DNA of 64,000 nucleotides from Vicinamibacteria bacterium (GCA_963668695.2 CAXXLQ010000004.1:1408001-1472000); one strand, 5' to 3'; positions 49,758-60,097 are shown, counted from the first letter of the stretch. Notes: a model not told the origin generated them from the letters alone. A program made the numbers and translations.

Positions 49758-50864
49758 TCAAGTGGGAGCCCCGGCCGTCTCTCCCGGCCGCAAGACGCGG
49801 TACCTGGTGTCCCGTTGAACCGGAGTAAAACCGGCCTCCCTGATCAGAACCTGCACTTCGTCAATGCTCGTCCGGTTGATGAAACCGGTGCAAGCGTGGA
49901 CGTTTTCTTCGAGCAGGGTGCCCCCGAAGTCGTCGGCGCCCCAGTGAAGGCCGACCTGGCCGGCTTTTTTGCCCTCGCTGAACCAGGATGCCTGGATGTG
50001 ATCGAAGTTGTCCAGCACGAGGCGTGCGACCCCGAGGATCCGGAGGTAGTCGTTCGGTCCCGCGTAGTGGGGAATCTTCCGGACCAGGGGAGTATTTCCG
50101 GGTTTGAAGCTCCAGGGCACGAACGCCGTGAATCCATGGAACTCATCCTGCAACTCGCGGATGCTCAACAGGTGCGTGACGATGTCTTCGTTCGTCTCTA
50201 CGTGGCCGTACATCATGGTTGCAGTGCTCACGAACCCGACGGCGTGAGCCTCCCGATGGACGTCGAGCCAGGCGCCGGCTCTTCCCTTCTTGTGCGACAC
50301 CTTCCGCCGAACCCGGTCGCTCAGAATCTCGGCGCCTCCCCCCGGCAGCGTGTCCTGGCCCGCCTCCTTGAGCCTGGTCAGAACTTCACGAATGCTGAGG
50401 CCGCTGACTTTCGCCATGCCTTCGATTTCAACAGCCGACCAGTAGTGCGGCGTCACGCCCGGAAACCGATCTCGCGTTCCGCGGACAAGGTCCAGGTAGT
50501 AGTCGAGCGGCAAAGACTCGTTCACCCCGCCCTGGAGGAGCACCGTCGTGGCTCCCCGCTCGACGGACGTGCCGATTCGATCCAGCATCTCCTCGACGGA
50601 GTATGTATAGGCCTCCGCATGCCCTGGGGGTCGGTAGAAGGCGCAGAACGTGCAATCCACTTCACAGACATTCGTGTAGTTGGGATTCGTATCCACCACG
50701 AAGGTAACTTCGCGCTCAGAGTGCCGGCGAAAGCGGTCGTGATTCGCAAGTTCTCCGAGAAAGAGAAGAGGAGCCTCGTCCATCAACCAGATGGCATCGG
50801 TTTCCGAGAGGCGCTCGCGGCATTCGGTCTTGCGCCGGATCCGGTCCATCGCACTGTTCAACAT
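49758..50864 (-). CDS. mqnC: Cyclic dehypoxanthine futalosine synthase (radical SAM)
   Basis: NYTNVCEVDCTFC, LLQGG, PGGGAEIL, HIQASW, GADDFG; clustered with mqnA/E. Confidence 0.9.
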   Translation of the reverse strand: MLNSAMDRIRRKTECRERLSETDAIWLMDEAPLLFLGELANHDRFRRHSEREVTFVVDTNPNYTNVCEVDCTFCAFYRPPGHAEAYTYSVEEMLDRIGTSVERGATTVLLQGGVNESLPLDYYLDLVRGTRDRFPGVTPHYWSAVEIEGMAKVSGLSIREVLTRLKEAGQDTLPGGGAEILSDRVRRKVSHKKGRAGAWLDVHREAHAVGFVSTATMMYGHVETNEDIVTHLLSIRELQDEFHGFTAFVPWSFKPGNTPLVRKIPHYAGPNDYLRILGVARLVLDNFDHIQASWFSEGKKAGQVGLHWGADDFGGTLLEENVHACTGFINRTSIDEVQVLIREAGFTPVQRDTRYRVLRPGETAGAPT

Positions 50865-50885
50865 GATGCGCCGTTTGTCTCCTTG

Positions 50886-50936
50886 GCAGCCTGTGGATAG
50901 GGTGAGGTGGGCCGCGTCACTTTGTTCACCGGCTGC
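50886..50936. repeat. 51-bp mini-element with MITE-type ends
   Basis: GCAGCCTGTGGA..TCACCGGCTGC; abuts the mqnA stop TAG. Confidence 0.7.
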
Positions 50937-51712
50937 TATGCCTCCGAAGAGGGAATCAGATTGCTTTCACTTACAAGTCGCCGGAAGGTTTCGAAACCTC
51001 GACGTTCCGATTCACCAAACCGGTAGGTGAAATCGGAGAGATACCGGGCGATGGCCGCCCGATCGCCCAGCGGCCCCGCCGCCTCGACGGCAATTTCCGG
51101 GATCCTCTCGATGCCCCGCCCGAGGGATTTGGCGATCGTTTCGTAGAGCTGCGACCGCTTGGCCGAAGTCAATGACTTTCTGGCGCTCCAGATCGCGAAC
51201 ACGAAGGGAAGACCGGTCCATTCCTGCCAGCAGGACGCAAGGTCGAAACGGAAGGGGAATCTTGGGTCGGGCTGTTCCCGCTCCCGAAGCGCCGCGTCAC
51301 CGATCAGAAGCAGGGCGTCGTGCTCCCGAGTTACCCCCGAGCGGTACTCGGGTAGCTCGATGGCAAGTCGTTCCTCCAACCAGAGGCGGAGAAGCAATAC
51401 CGAAGTCGAAGTCTCCTTTGTGATTTCGACGACCTTTCCCCCGAGCTGCTCTGGCGGACACCGGGAGAGCAGGAACACGCTTCCCGCCTGCTTGCGGCAA
51501 GCGATCCCGAAGGCGCCCCGCGCGTCCCCGAGCGGCGAATACTGCTTTTCATTGCGGAGCAGATCCCCTACCGAAAGCAGTCCGGCGTCGAGCTCGGAGG
51601 CTGTCGCCAGGCGCCCGATCTCCGACGGAGAGGCCCGGAAGACACGAAGGCCCGGAAAGGGCTCAAAGGGCTGGGTGTTCAGGTAGGCGAGTTGCCCGAG
51701 CAGCAGGCGCAC
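50936..51712 (-). CDS. mqnA: Chorismate dehydratase (futalosine pathway)
   Basis: YLNTQP, TSTSVLL, LLIGDAAL, WTGLPFVFAIW. Confidence 0.92.
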   Translation of the reverse strand: MRLLLGQLAYLNTQPFEPFPGLRVFRASPSEIGRLATASELDAGLLSVGDLLRNEKQYSPLGDARGAFGIACRKQAGSVFLLSRCPPEQLGGKVVEITKETSTSVLLLRLWLEERLAIELPEYRSGVTREHDALLLIGDAALREREQPDPRFPFRFDLASCWQEWTGLPFVFAIWSARKSLTSAKRSQLYETIAKSLGRGIERIPEIAVEAAGPLGDRAAIARYLSDFTYRFGESERRGFETFRRLVSESNLIPSSEA

Positions 51713-51842
51713 TACGGAGCGGATGACGGGGGACTTTGTCCGAACCGGCCCGCAGTCGGATACCGCGTGGTTCCGGGTCGGTATCCAGCGCCAGAGTGCG
51801 GCGTAGGCTGGCGGGACACGGCGGATCGGATTGCCACCGCTG

Positions 51843-52955
51843 TCAGGCAGCCTCCCAGACTTGCACCACGTTGTACAGGGCGTCGCGCTCCACGGGAGTC
51901 TTCCCGGCGTCTCGAATCATCCGGACCAATCGCTCACGGGCCAGGCCAACGGGACTCGTCGCCTGCGCGAAGTGGGCGATCTTTTCTTCGCCGATCGTCC
52001 CATCGAGGTCACTCGCTCCGAAGTTCAGCGCCATTCCCGCCGAGTCCTCACCCAGCATCACCCAGTAGGCCTTGATGTGGGGGAAGTTGTCGAGGAGCAG
52101 GCGGGAGCACGCGACGGTTCGGAGATCCTCGAGTACCGACGCCTGACGCTCGGCGAGCCCCGTGTTCCCCGGTTGGAGCGCGAGCGGGATAAACGATTGA
52201 AAACCGGCATCGGACGGGCCGCGGTCGTCCTGTGCTTCCCGGAGCTGGATCATGTGATCCACGCGCTCCCCGAGCGTCTCGATGTGCCCGTACAGCAGGG
52301 TCGCGTTCGTCATGATCCCCAAACGATGAGCGGCCCGGTGGACTTCGAACCACTTTCCCCGACCGATCTTGGTCTTGAACGTTTCCTTGCGGACCCGGTC
52401 TGAGAACACCTCGGCCCCCCCACCGGGAAGGGCGTTGAGGCCCGCCTCCTGCAGCCGGATCAGGATGTCCTCGATGGTGGTTTTCTCCAATCGGGCGAAC
52501 CAGTCGATTTCCACGGCTGTCCACGCCTTGATCTGGACCCTCGGAAACTGACGGTGAATCTCGCTAACGATCTCGAGATACCGGGCGAAGGGCCACTTGG
52601 GGTGCAGGCCGCCGACGATATGAACCTCCGAGAGCTCCTCGGACACTTGGGCGAGGACTTCCTCGAGGGACTGCTCGTAGGCGTGCGCATCGCCCGGTTT
52701 CGCGGCGAAATCACAGAAGACGCAGGACAGTACGCACAGGTTGGTCGGGTTGATCTGCCGGTTCACGACAAACTGGACCCGGTCGCCATTGCGCGCTCTG
52801 GCGGCATGGTCGGCCATCCGCGCCAGCGCCGGCAGATCAACGGTCTGGAGCAGTGTGATTCCGTCGTCGAAGGCGAGGCGGTCGCCGGCGAGCACCTTCT
52901 CCCAGATGGGGACCAGGGCTCGGTCGCGAAACGCGACGCCTTCGGCAAGCAACAC
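51843..52955 (-). CDS. mqnE: Aminofutalosine synthase (radical SAM)
   Basis: PTNLCVLSCVFC, EVHIVGGLHP, HIKAYW, DLDGTI; GTG 52955 after GGAG. Confidence 0.92.
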   Translation of the reverse strand: MLLAEGVAFRDRALVPIWEKVLAGDRLAFDDGITLLQTVDLPALARMADHAARARNGDRVQFVVNRQINPTNLCVLSCVFCDFAAKPGDAHAYEQSLEEVLAQVSEELSEVHIVGGLHPKWPFARYLEIVSEIHRQFPRVQIKAWTAVEIDWFARLEKTTIEDILIRLQEAGLNALPGGGAEVFSDRVRKETFKTKIGRGKWFEVHRAAHRLGIMTNATLLYGHIETLGERVDHMIQLREAQDDRGPSDAGFQSFIPLALQPGNTGLAERQASVLEDLRTVACSRLLLDNFPHIKAYWVMLGEDSAGMALNFGASDLDGTIGEEKIAHFAQATSPVGLARERLVRMIRDAGKTPVERDALYNVVQVWEAA

Positions 52956-53129
52956 AGGAGATCTCCAAAGCGAAACGCTCGGGAAAGAGGCCGGGTGCCT
53001 TGGGCATCCCGGGCTCAAACGGGCCTCAATGGCGGACAGAAAATCGTAGCACGCGAGGTCGAGCGGTCCGGAAGCGGGGGCACATTGCTGGACCTGTCCG
53101 GGTTTTCAAGTGGGAAGGGTGTTGCCCCC

Positions 53130-53660
53130 CCTCCCGAACCGCCCGGCGCTCCGCGCCGGCAATCGAAACTTCCTCGCCCGCCTCCGGCGGGCTGCGGCAA
53201 GTTCCGATTGGTCGTTGTTGATTGTGAAAGGAGGGCGAGCCCCCCTTTCACACTTTCCCCCCGGACACGCAGACGGCGAACCTCCGGTTCGCCGCCATTT
53301 CTCTGGCCCGGTCAGCTATGCGCCGCCACACGTTTTTACGGCACACGGGCAAGGGAACGCCGGACCTCCGGTCGGCACAGCGGCCCGCAGGGCCGCGGCG
53401 GCAGAGACCCCAACCGTCGGAAAGGCTCCCTTCTCGGCCCGTACCCCTCAAGGGCCGGATGGCGCGCGACAGCGGAGCGCCGGTCTCTGACCGGCATCGC
53501 GCGGGAGCGCGAAACCTGCGGCTATGACGCCGGGCCCGACCAGCGTCAGTGCCACACCACCTTTTTGATGCGGGCGGGGTGAACGGGCCGACCCGATCAT
53601 GTGGGTTTCTCCCGGTGGGGCCCGGCACAGCGGCCCGCAGGGCCGCGGGCGGTTCATTGC
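53130..53660. repeat. Cluster of REP-like hairpins (family B)
   Basis: GGGAACGCCG(G)ACCTCCGGTCGGCACAG, GCGGCCCGCAGGGCCGC x2, GCCCGCCTCCGGCGGGC; related copies at 54015-54190. Confidence 0.65.
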
Positions 53661-53781
53661 CGTCCGCCTTCACGGGGTGCAGGCACGGGGCCCGCTGCGC
53701 TGCGAACGGTGTCTGCCACTCCAATGTACGGATCACGCCGAACGCTGGGATTCCCGCCGAGAAGGGATCACCTCGGAACTA

Positions 53782-53998
53782 GCGGCCTGTGGTGGAACCC
53801 GGGTGAGCGCCGAGAGCGGTGAGGCCCAGTTCTCCCGGTGGGGGTCCGCCTGACAAGGCGCGTGAGGGAGGAATACCGAGTGTATTTCGACCGAAACGCA
53901 ACGCAGAGCGCCGCAAAGCGCCAGTTCTCCCGGTGGGGGGGCGGCTCAGGCGGGATGGATCGCCGCTCGAACGCCGCGTGGGTTTCACCACAGGCTGC
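53782..53998. mobile_element. MITE family A, module at a fourth distinct site
   Basis: TA flanks; modules at about 53826 and 53921. Confidence 0.85.
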
Positions 53999-54253
53999 TA
54001 GGGGTCCTTCCCGCCGCCCGCCTCCGGCGGGCTGTGCCGACCGCAGGTCGGCGTTCCCGTGCGGCCGTCACCACCTTGCACCTCCGGCGTTCCGCGTCTG
54101 CGCCTTTTCATCACGGGCGGGGGTGTGCAGGAGGACCCCATCATGAGGGTTTCTCCCGGTGGGGCCCGGCACAGCTCGCCGGAGGGGGGCGGCACGCGTA
54201 CCGCCGACCGAGAAGAAGTGGGGCTCGGCTTTCCGACTTTGCCCCGGTGCGGC

Positions 54254-54805
54254 CTAGCGGGTTTCTTCCTCGCGCCACCCGGGGGCGTCGCCGAGCCCGA
54301 GCACGCCGAGCACCTTGTCACAAAAGCCGTCCACGACCTCAGACATCGTGCCTGGATTTCGATACCAGGGCGGCGCCACCGGCATCACGATTCCCCCCGC
54401 TTCAGAGACCGCGAGCGCGTTGCGCAACGTGATGGTGGACCAAGGGGTTTCGCGCACGCAGAGCACAAGGCGCATGCGTTCCTTGAGGGCGACCTGGGCC
54501 GCACGAGTAATCAGGGTGTCGGCGATGCCGTTCGCCACTTTGCCGAGCGTCGAGAGGCTGCATGGGATGAGGACCAGTGCGTCGTAGCGGTTGGAACCCG
54601 ACGACCACGGCGCCGCGAGATCGGAGTCCCGATGGACACGTCGCACATCTCCTTTCAGGTCGTTCAATGTGAGGCCCATCTCGAGCCGCAGTACCTCCTC
54701 ACCCCATTGGGAGACGATCAGGTGTTTTTCTCCGGGGCAGCGCTTCAGGAAGCGAACGCCGTACACCGCCCCCGAGGAGCCCGAGATTCCTACGACAATT
54801 CTCAT
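54254..54805 (-). CDS. ubiX: Flavin prenyltransferase UbiX
   Basis: VGISGSSGAVYG, SSGS, PCSLSTL, LKERMRLVLCVRETP. Confidence 0.93.
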   Translation of the reverse strand: MRIVVGISGSSGAVYGVRFLKRCPGEKHLIVSQWGEEVLRLEMGLTLNDLKGDVRRVHRDSDLAAPWSSGSNRYDALVLIPCSLSTLGKVANGIADTLITRAAQVALKERMRLVLCVRETPWSTITLRNALAVSEAGGIVMPVAPPWYRNPGTMSEVVDGFCDKVLGVLGLGDAPGWREEETR

Positions 54806-55686
54806 GATCCGGCAATGGGAGGACGAGAGAACAGTACGCCCAGAAAGACGACGCCCCCGAGAATCGAGTTCGCCTGAAAGAACGCGAAATTCACGTGGTT
54901 CCGGAGCCGATGCTGCGCGACGAAGAGAATCCCGGCGAGGACAAAGAAAATACCTGACAAGACGCCGTGAAGCGACGTGGAGAAGAGAATGATGAGGGTG
55001 CAGAAGGCAAAGGCGTGCAGCCCGGCGGCAACCCGCAGGGCGCGGCGACTTCCGATGGCCGCCGGCAGGGAGAAGACGCCGGTCTTCCGGTCAGAGTCTT
55101 CGTCCAGAGTCGCATACAGAATGTCGAAACCGGCAGACCAGAATGCGGTAAAGGCAGCCAGCGCCACGATCGGAAAGAGGCCCCGCCATTCGAGGGCCAC
55201 GGCGTAAAAGCCGCAGAGCGGGCCCAGCGTGAGCGTGAGGCCGAGACCAAGATGCGCCCACTTGGTGAAACGCTTCAGCAGTGGATAACCAAAGAAAGCC
55301 AACAGCGGAACGGGGCTGATCAGGAGACAGCGCGGGGAAATGGCCCATGCGGCCGCGAGGGACACGGCAAACGAAAGGGCGGCGACCAGCACCGCGCCCC
55401 CGAGCGTGATCTTTCCGGTCGGCAGCGCTCGCGTCGCGGTGCGCGGATTCTGCGCATCAAGGTGGCGATCCAGAATTCGATTGAGCCCCATCGCCGTTGT
55501 GCGCGCCCCGGTGGCGGCCACCAGAATCAACACCGCGGTACGAAGGGTCAGTGGGGGTTCAGCCAACAGTGCGCCAGCGTAAATGAGAGGTACCGAAAAC
55601 AGCGTATGTTCGATCTTGAGATAGTCGGCCCATACCCTGATCCGGTTCACGGTGGCGTCTCGCAGGTTATCCGGAGCGCTCGACAC
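54802..55686 (-). CDS. ubiA: UbiA-like polyprenyltransferase of the futalosine route (MqnP-type)
   Basis: KIEHTLFSVP, ARTTAMGLNRILDRHLDAQNPRT, GFDILYA. Confidence 0.88.
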   Translation of the reverse strand: MSSAPDNLRDATVNRIRVWADYLKIEHTLFSVPLIYAGALLAEPPLTLRTAVLILVAATGARTTAMGLNRILDRHLDAQNPRTATRALPTGKITLGGAVLVAALSFAVSLAAAWAISPRCLLISPVPLLAFFGYPLLKRFTKWAHLGLGLTLTLGPLCGFYAVALEWRGLFPIVALAAFTAFWSAGFDILYATLDEDSDRKTGVFSLPAAIGSRRALRVAAGLHAFAFCTLIILFSTSLHGVLSGIFFVLAGILFVAQHRLRNHVNFAFFQANSILGGVVFLGVLFSRPPIAGS

Positions 55687-55738
55687 GAGTTTGTTCCTGA
55701 TACTGGCTGAAAGATGAGCGAAGTGGTCAGACAGACTA

Positions 55739-56036
55739 ACAGCCGGTGGTGGAACCCGGGTGAGCGCCGAGGCCGGGGAGGCCCAGTTCTCCCGGTGGGG
55801 GTCCGGCTGACAAGGCGCGTGAGGGAGGAATACCGGGTGTATTGCGACCGAAACGCAACGATGAGCGGCGCAAAGCGACGCGGTTCAGCCAGGATGGATC
55901 GCTGGCCGAGCCCCCACCGGGAGAACTGGGCCGCCTGGGTTTCGCCACCGGCTGTTGACAGCCGGTGGACAAAGTGGCGTGAGCGCCTGGGCCCCCAGCG
56001 GGAGAACGGGGCCGCGTGAATTCGTCCATAGGCTGC
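55739..56036. mobile_element. MITE family A (55739-55955) plus an adjacent deleted copy (55958-56036)
   Basis: Two sets of CAGCC..GGCTG ends in tandem. Confidence 0.8.
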
Positions 56037-56100
56037 CAGCAGGTCATTCGTCCCATCTCTTGATGCTGCGTTGTGTCCTCTACAACGGCTATCGGTAAGG

Positions 56101-56130
56101 TTGACCGAGATTCGGAGGTAGTGCTACGCT
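56101..56130 (+). promoter_or_regulatory. Putative sigma70 promoter of the histone-like gene
   Basis: TTGACC-18 bp-TACGCT with an extended TGn. Confidence 0.5.
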
Positions 56131-56213
56131 GCGTTTGCGGGATGCGCAGCGGCGGCGTCTCGCCGCCTTGTTTCCATCCGTTGGAATTCTCGCGAAAGGT
56201 GAATAGGCCCGTA

Positions 56214-57530
56214 ATGAAGAAAAAGACCAGGCGGTCAGCAAAGAAAGCTACGCGCAAGAAAGCGGCGGTGCGTGTGACGTCGCGCAGCAAAGCCACGCGG
56301 AAGAAGGTCGCCCGGAAGAAGGTCGCCCGGAAGAAGACTGCCGCGCGCGGGAGTGCCTCACGGCTGTCGGCAGTGAGGAAGGCGACACGCAAGAAAGCAA
56401 CACGGAAACGACTGACCGGCAAGGCGCCAGCGCGCAAGAAAGCCACGCGCAAGAAGGTGACCCGTAAGGCGGCCACCCGGAAGAAGGTGACGCGCAAGAA
56501 AGTCGCCCGGAAGAAGACAACCCGGAAGAAGACGACCCGGAAGGTGGCGACCCGGAAGAAGGTGACGCGCAAGAAGGCCGCTCGGAAGAAGACGACCCGT
56601 AAGGCGGCCACCCGGAAGAAGGTGACGCGCAAGAAAGTCGCCCGGAAGAAGACGACCCGTAGGGTGGCCACCCGGAAGAAGGTGACGCGGAAGAAGACAA
56701 CCCGGAAGAAGACAACCCGGAAGAAGACGACCCGTAAGGCAGCCACCCGGAAGAAGGTGACGCGCAAGAAAGTCGCCCGGAAGAAGACGACCCGTAGGGT
56801 GGCCACCCGGAAGAAGGTGACGCGGAAGAAGACAACCCGGAAGAAGACGACCCGTAGGGTGGCCACCCGGAAGAAGGTGACGCGCAAGAAGGTCGCCCGG
56901 AAGAAGACGACCCGTAAGGTGGCGACCCGGAAGAAGGTGACGCGCAAGAAGGTTGCCCGGAAGAAGACGACCCGTAAGGTGGCGACCCGGAAGAAGGTGA
57001 CGCGCAAGAAGGTTGCCCGGAAGAAGACGACCCGGAAGGTGGCGACCCGGAAAAAGGTGACGCGCAAGAAGGTGACGCGGAAGAAGGCGACCCGGAAGGT
57101 GGCGACCCGGAAGAAGGTGACGCGCAAGAAGGTCGCCCGAAAGAAGGCGACGCGAAAGAAGGCGACCCGATCCGCGGAAGCGCCTTCTCCGCCTCCGGCG
57201 GAAGCGCCTTCTCCGCCTCCGGCGGAAGCGCCTTCTCCGCCTCCGGCGGAAGCGCCTTCTCCGCCTCCGGCGGAAGCGCCTTCTCCACCTCCGGCGGAAG
57301 CGCCTTCTCCGCCTCCGGCGGAAGCGCCTTCTCCACCTCCGGCGGAAGCGCCTTCTCCGCCTCCGGCGGAAGCGCCTTCTCCACCTCCGGCGGAAGCGCC
57401 TTCTCCGCCTCCGGCGGAAGCGCCTTCTCCACCTCCGGCGGAAGCGCCTTCTCCGCCTCCGGCGGAAGCGCCTTCTCCGCCTCCGGCGGAAGCGCCGCCC
57501 GCCGAACCCAAGGCGCCTGCTTCGCCATAG
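56214..57530 (+). CDS. Histone H1-like (Hc2/AlgP-type) Lys/Arg repeat protein with Pro/Glu tail
   Basis: About 300 aa of RKKVT/RKKVA/RKKTT/RKVAT pentapeptides, then (AEAPSPPP)13; variation between repeat units keeps this frame. Confidence 0.85.
   Translation: MKKKTRRSAKKATRKKAAVRVTSRSKATRKKVARKKVARKKTAARGSASRLSAVRKATRKKATRKRLTGKAPARKKATRKKVTRKAATRKKVTRKKVARKKTTRKKTTRKVATRKKVTRKKAARKKTTRKAATRKKVTRKKVARKKTTRRVATRKKVTRKKTTRKKTTRKKTTRKAATRKKVTRKKVARKKTTRRVATRKKVTRKKTTRKKTTRRVATRKKVTRKKVARKKTTRKVATRKKVTRKKVARKKTTRKVATRKKVTRKKVARKKTTRKVATRKKVTRKKVTRKKATRKVATRKKVTRKKVARKKATRKKATRSAEAPSPPPAEAPSPPPAEAPSPPPAEAPSPPPAEAPSPPPAEAPSPPPAEAPSPPPAEAPSPPPAEAPSPPPAEAPSPPPAEAPSPPPAEAPSPPPAEAPSPPPAEAPPAEPKAPASP
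57174..57485. repeat. 24-bp tandem repeat x13
   Basis: GCGGAAGCGCCTTCTCCRCCTCCG. Confidence 0.97.
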
Positions 57531-57881
57531 CGGACCTTTCCATCACGGGCCGCGGCGCGCCCCGCGACAGTCGGTCCCCCAGACAGCCGATGGAAACCGC
57601 GGTGTGAGAGTCAGGGTTCCAGGGAGCCAAACGGAGAACCGCCGGCCGAACCCCGCGCCTTCTTACCGGCTGCCTGCCCTTGGCCTTCTTCCGAAGCGGG
57701 TTTCGCTCCGGAGGCTCTTCCGGCTGCCCGCTTCGGTCAGGATGCGGGGAGTCGTGCGCGGGGCGCCGCCGGATTCTCCGCCTTCCCGGGATCGTTCCGA
57801 CCCCGGTCCCTATGTTAAATTCCCCGGTCCGCCTTACGCGATTCCCATAACTTCCACTGCTTTGGGGAGGAGACTTCCGCC

Positions 57882-59270
57882 GTGCGCTTCCATTGTCCGC
57901 CATCCGCCAAGGGCGCCAGCCGCTGGCGTCGCCGCTTCTTCGCCACTGGACTCTCCCTGGCCCTTTTCGCCGGTGCCTGCGGCGGGACGGACATTGGTGT
58001 CACGGGGGATGAGATCCGATTGGGCAGTTTTGCTCCCCTGACGGGTCCCTATGCGGCGCTTGGCAATGTCGGCCGCTCGATGGCTGCTTACTTTGAGTGG
58101 CTCAACGATCAGGGGGGCGTCCACGGCCGCATGGTCCGTTTGAGCCTCAAGGACGATCAGGGAGATCCGGAGAAGACTCCTGCCCTCGTTGATCAACTGC
58201 TGCGCGAGGAGCAGGTCTTCGCGATGGTGGGCGGGATGAGCAGCGCCAACAGCCTCGCGGTCAGGGACGCGGTGGGGTTGCGACTGGTGCCCTGGGTGAA
58301 TCCCGGTTCCAGCGCGCGGGAATGGACGGAACCGCTCGACGCCTACATCTTTTCCATTCTTCCCACTTCCATTACCGCGGCGCAGGTCCTAGCGCGCTAC
58401 GCGCTTTCCGAACTCGGCGTCGATCGGATTGCTTCGCTCGCCGAGGACACCCCCTTTGGGATTCAGGGGCAGGAGGGCTACCGGCTCGGCGTCCGGCGCT
58501 TTTACGAGCAGGTGGCAGCCGCTCTTCCGGAAGGCGTGGACGTTCGCTACGCGCGGATTTCCAGCCGTCCCCGGCGCCCGCGGACCGATGACCCCACCAG
58601 TGAGGGATGGCACGAGTACCCGACCGGAGGCGAGGGGGTTTTGTGGCGGGTCCAGCGGGTTGATGGCGGCAGTTGGGGCCGGCCCGAGGCTGCTCCCGAA
58701 GACGTCGGAATGCGGCGCAGCCCCAAGGACGGAGCCGACCTCGAAGTGGCCCTTGCGGAGTTCAAGGAGAAACAGGCGGGCGCGATTCTCATTTGGGGAG
58801 TTGCTGAGTACGGAGCCGAGGTAGCGAAGGCGATCGCCGCTGATCCTGACTGGAATCCGATCCTGCTCGGTGGGTTTGCGATGGCGGATCCGCTGATGAT
58901 CGATCTTGCCGGTGATGCCGTCGAAGGCATGATCGTGGCGTCAACAACTCCTGACCTTTCCATTGACTCGGACGCCACCCGCTTGGTGAAAGAAATTCTC
59001 AGCGACTACGCGCCCGAAGTGCCGTTCGGGGACTACGCGATGCTGGGAATGGCCTGGGCTCAGCTCGCTGCCGAGGGGATGGAGCGTGCGGGACCCGATC
59101 TCAGGCGGATCAACCTAATCCGCGGGCTCGAAACCATCGACAACTGGCAGGGCCTGATGGGTCATCCCGTGACGTTCTCCGAGCAGAGTCACCTTGGTTT
59201 CGACGCCGTGACGCTGAAGCACGTCGAGAACGGCGAGTTCGTCGCCATCACCGGCTGGCTCTCGGAGTAG
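57882..59270 (+). CDS. LivJ-type ABC substrate-binding lipoprotein
   Basis: Lipobox AGAC; GVTGDEIRLG..PLTGPYA, NDQGGVHGR, DD. Confidence 0.88.
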   Translation: MRFHCPPSAKGASRWRRRFFATGLSLALFAGACGGTDIGVTGDEIRLGSFAPLTGPYAALGNVGRSMAAYFEWLNDQGGVHGRMVRLSLKDDQGDPEKTPALVDQLLREEQVFAMVGGMSSANSLAVRDAVGLRLVPWVNPGSSAREWTEPLDAYIFSILPTSITAAQVLARYALSELGVDRIASLAEDTPFGIQGQEGYRLGVRRFYEQVAAALPEGVDVRYARISSRPRRPRTDDPTSEGWHEYPTGGEGVLWRVQRVDGGSWGRPEAAPEDVGMRRSPKDGADLEVALAEFKEKQAGAILIWGVAEYGAEVAKAIAADPDWNPILLGGFAMADPLMIDLAGDAVEGMIVASTTPDLSIDSDATRLVKEILSDYAPEVPFGDYAMLGMAWAQLAAEGMERAGPDLRRINLIRGLETIDNWQGLMGHPVTFSEQSHLGFDAVTLKHVENGEFVAITGWLSE

Positions 59271-59344
59271 TCTCCGATAGCTGCTGCGGTCGGCCTGCCC
59301 GGCCAACCGACGGCCGACCGACGGGGGCGGGGAGCCGGCCCCGC

Positions 59345-60088
59345 TCAGGCGCCGGGATTCCCGCTGTCTGCGGTTCTTCCGAGATAGGCCCGTCGCACCT
59401 CGGGATCGTCGAGGAGTTCCGCTCCGCTTCCCTGACGGACGACTTTCCCGCCTTCGAGCACGTAGCCGCGCTCCGCGATCTCGAGCGCTCGCATCACGTT
59501 CTGCTCTACGAGCAGCACCGCGACTCCCTCCTTGCGGATGGCCTGGATCGTGTCGAACACAGTGTCCACCACGCGGGGCGAGAGCCCCAGCGATGGTTCG
59601 TCCATGAGCAGCAGTGCCGGAGAAGCCATCAGCGCCCGCCCGATCGCGGCCATTTGGCGCTCTCCTCCGGAAAGAGTGCCTGCCAACTGCCCCGCACGTT
59701 CGGCGAGCCGAGGCAAGAGCTCGAGAATGGCCTCCAACCGTCGGGCTACCGAGCCCTTCCGCCGAACGGCGTAGGCGCCGAGCCTCAGATTCTCGAGCAC
59801 CGTCATTTCGGGCCAGATACGGCTTCCTTCAGGCACGTGCGCAATGCCGGCCTCGACTACGCGGGCTGATCCGATGCCCACGATGGAACGTCCCTCGAAC
59901 CGGATCTCTCCCGCTTCGGGTTTGGAGAGGTCGCTGATCGCCCGCAGCGTGGTTGTCTTGCCGGCGCCGTTCGCTCCCAAAAGAGCCACCACCTCCCGCC
60001 GGCCCACCTCGAGGGTCACGCCGCGGAGCGCAGGTATGCCGCCCCGGCGTACCTGCAGATCCCGAATCTCGAGAAGACTCATCGACAT
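59345..60088 (-). CDS. livF: Branched-chain amino acid ABC ATPase
   Basis: GANGAGKT, LSGGERQM, MDEPSLGL, VEQN. Confidence 0.93.
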   Translation of the reverse strand: MSMSLLEIRDLQVRRGGIPALRGVTLEVGRREVVALLGANGAGKTTTLRAISDLSKPEAGEIRFEGRSIVGIGSARVVEAGIAHVPEGSRIWPEMTVLENLRLGAYAVRRKGSVARRLEAILELLPRLAERAGQLAGTLSGGERQMAAIGRALMASPALLLMDEPSLGLSPRVVDTVFDTIQAIRKEGVAVLLVEQNVMRALEIAERGYVLEGGKVVRQGSGAELLDDPEVRRAYLGRTADSGNPGA

Positions 60089-60097
60089 TCTCCTCTA

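Noticed and set aside
55736-57903. Long minus-strand repetitive ORFs (591 and 551 aa)
   Set aside because: Stop-free antisense of the histone-like repeats
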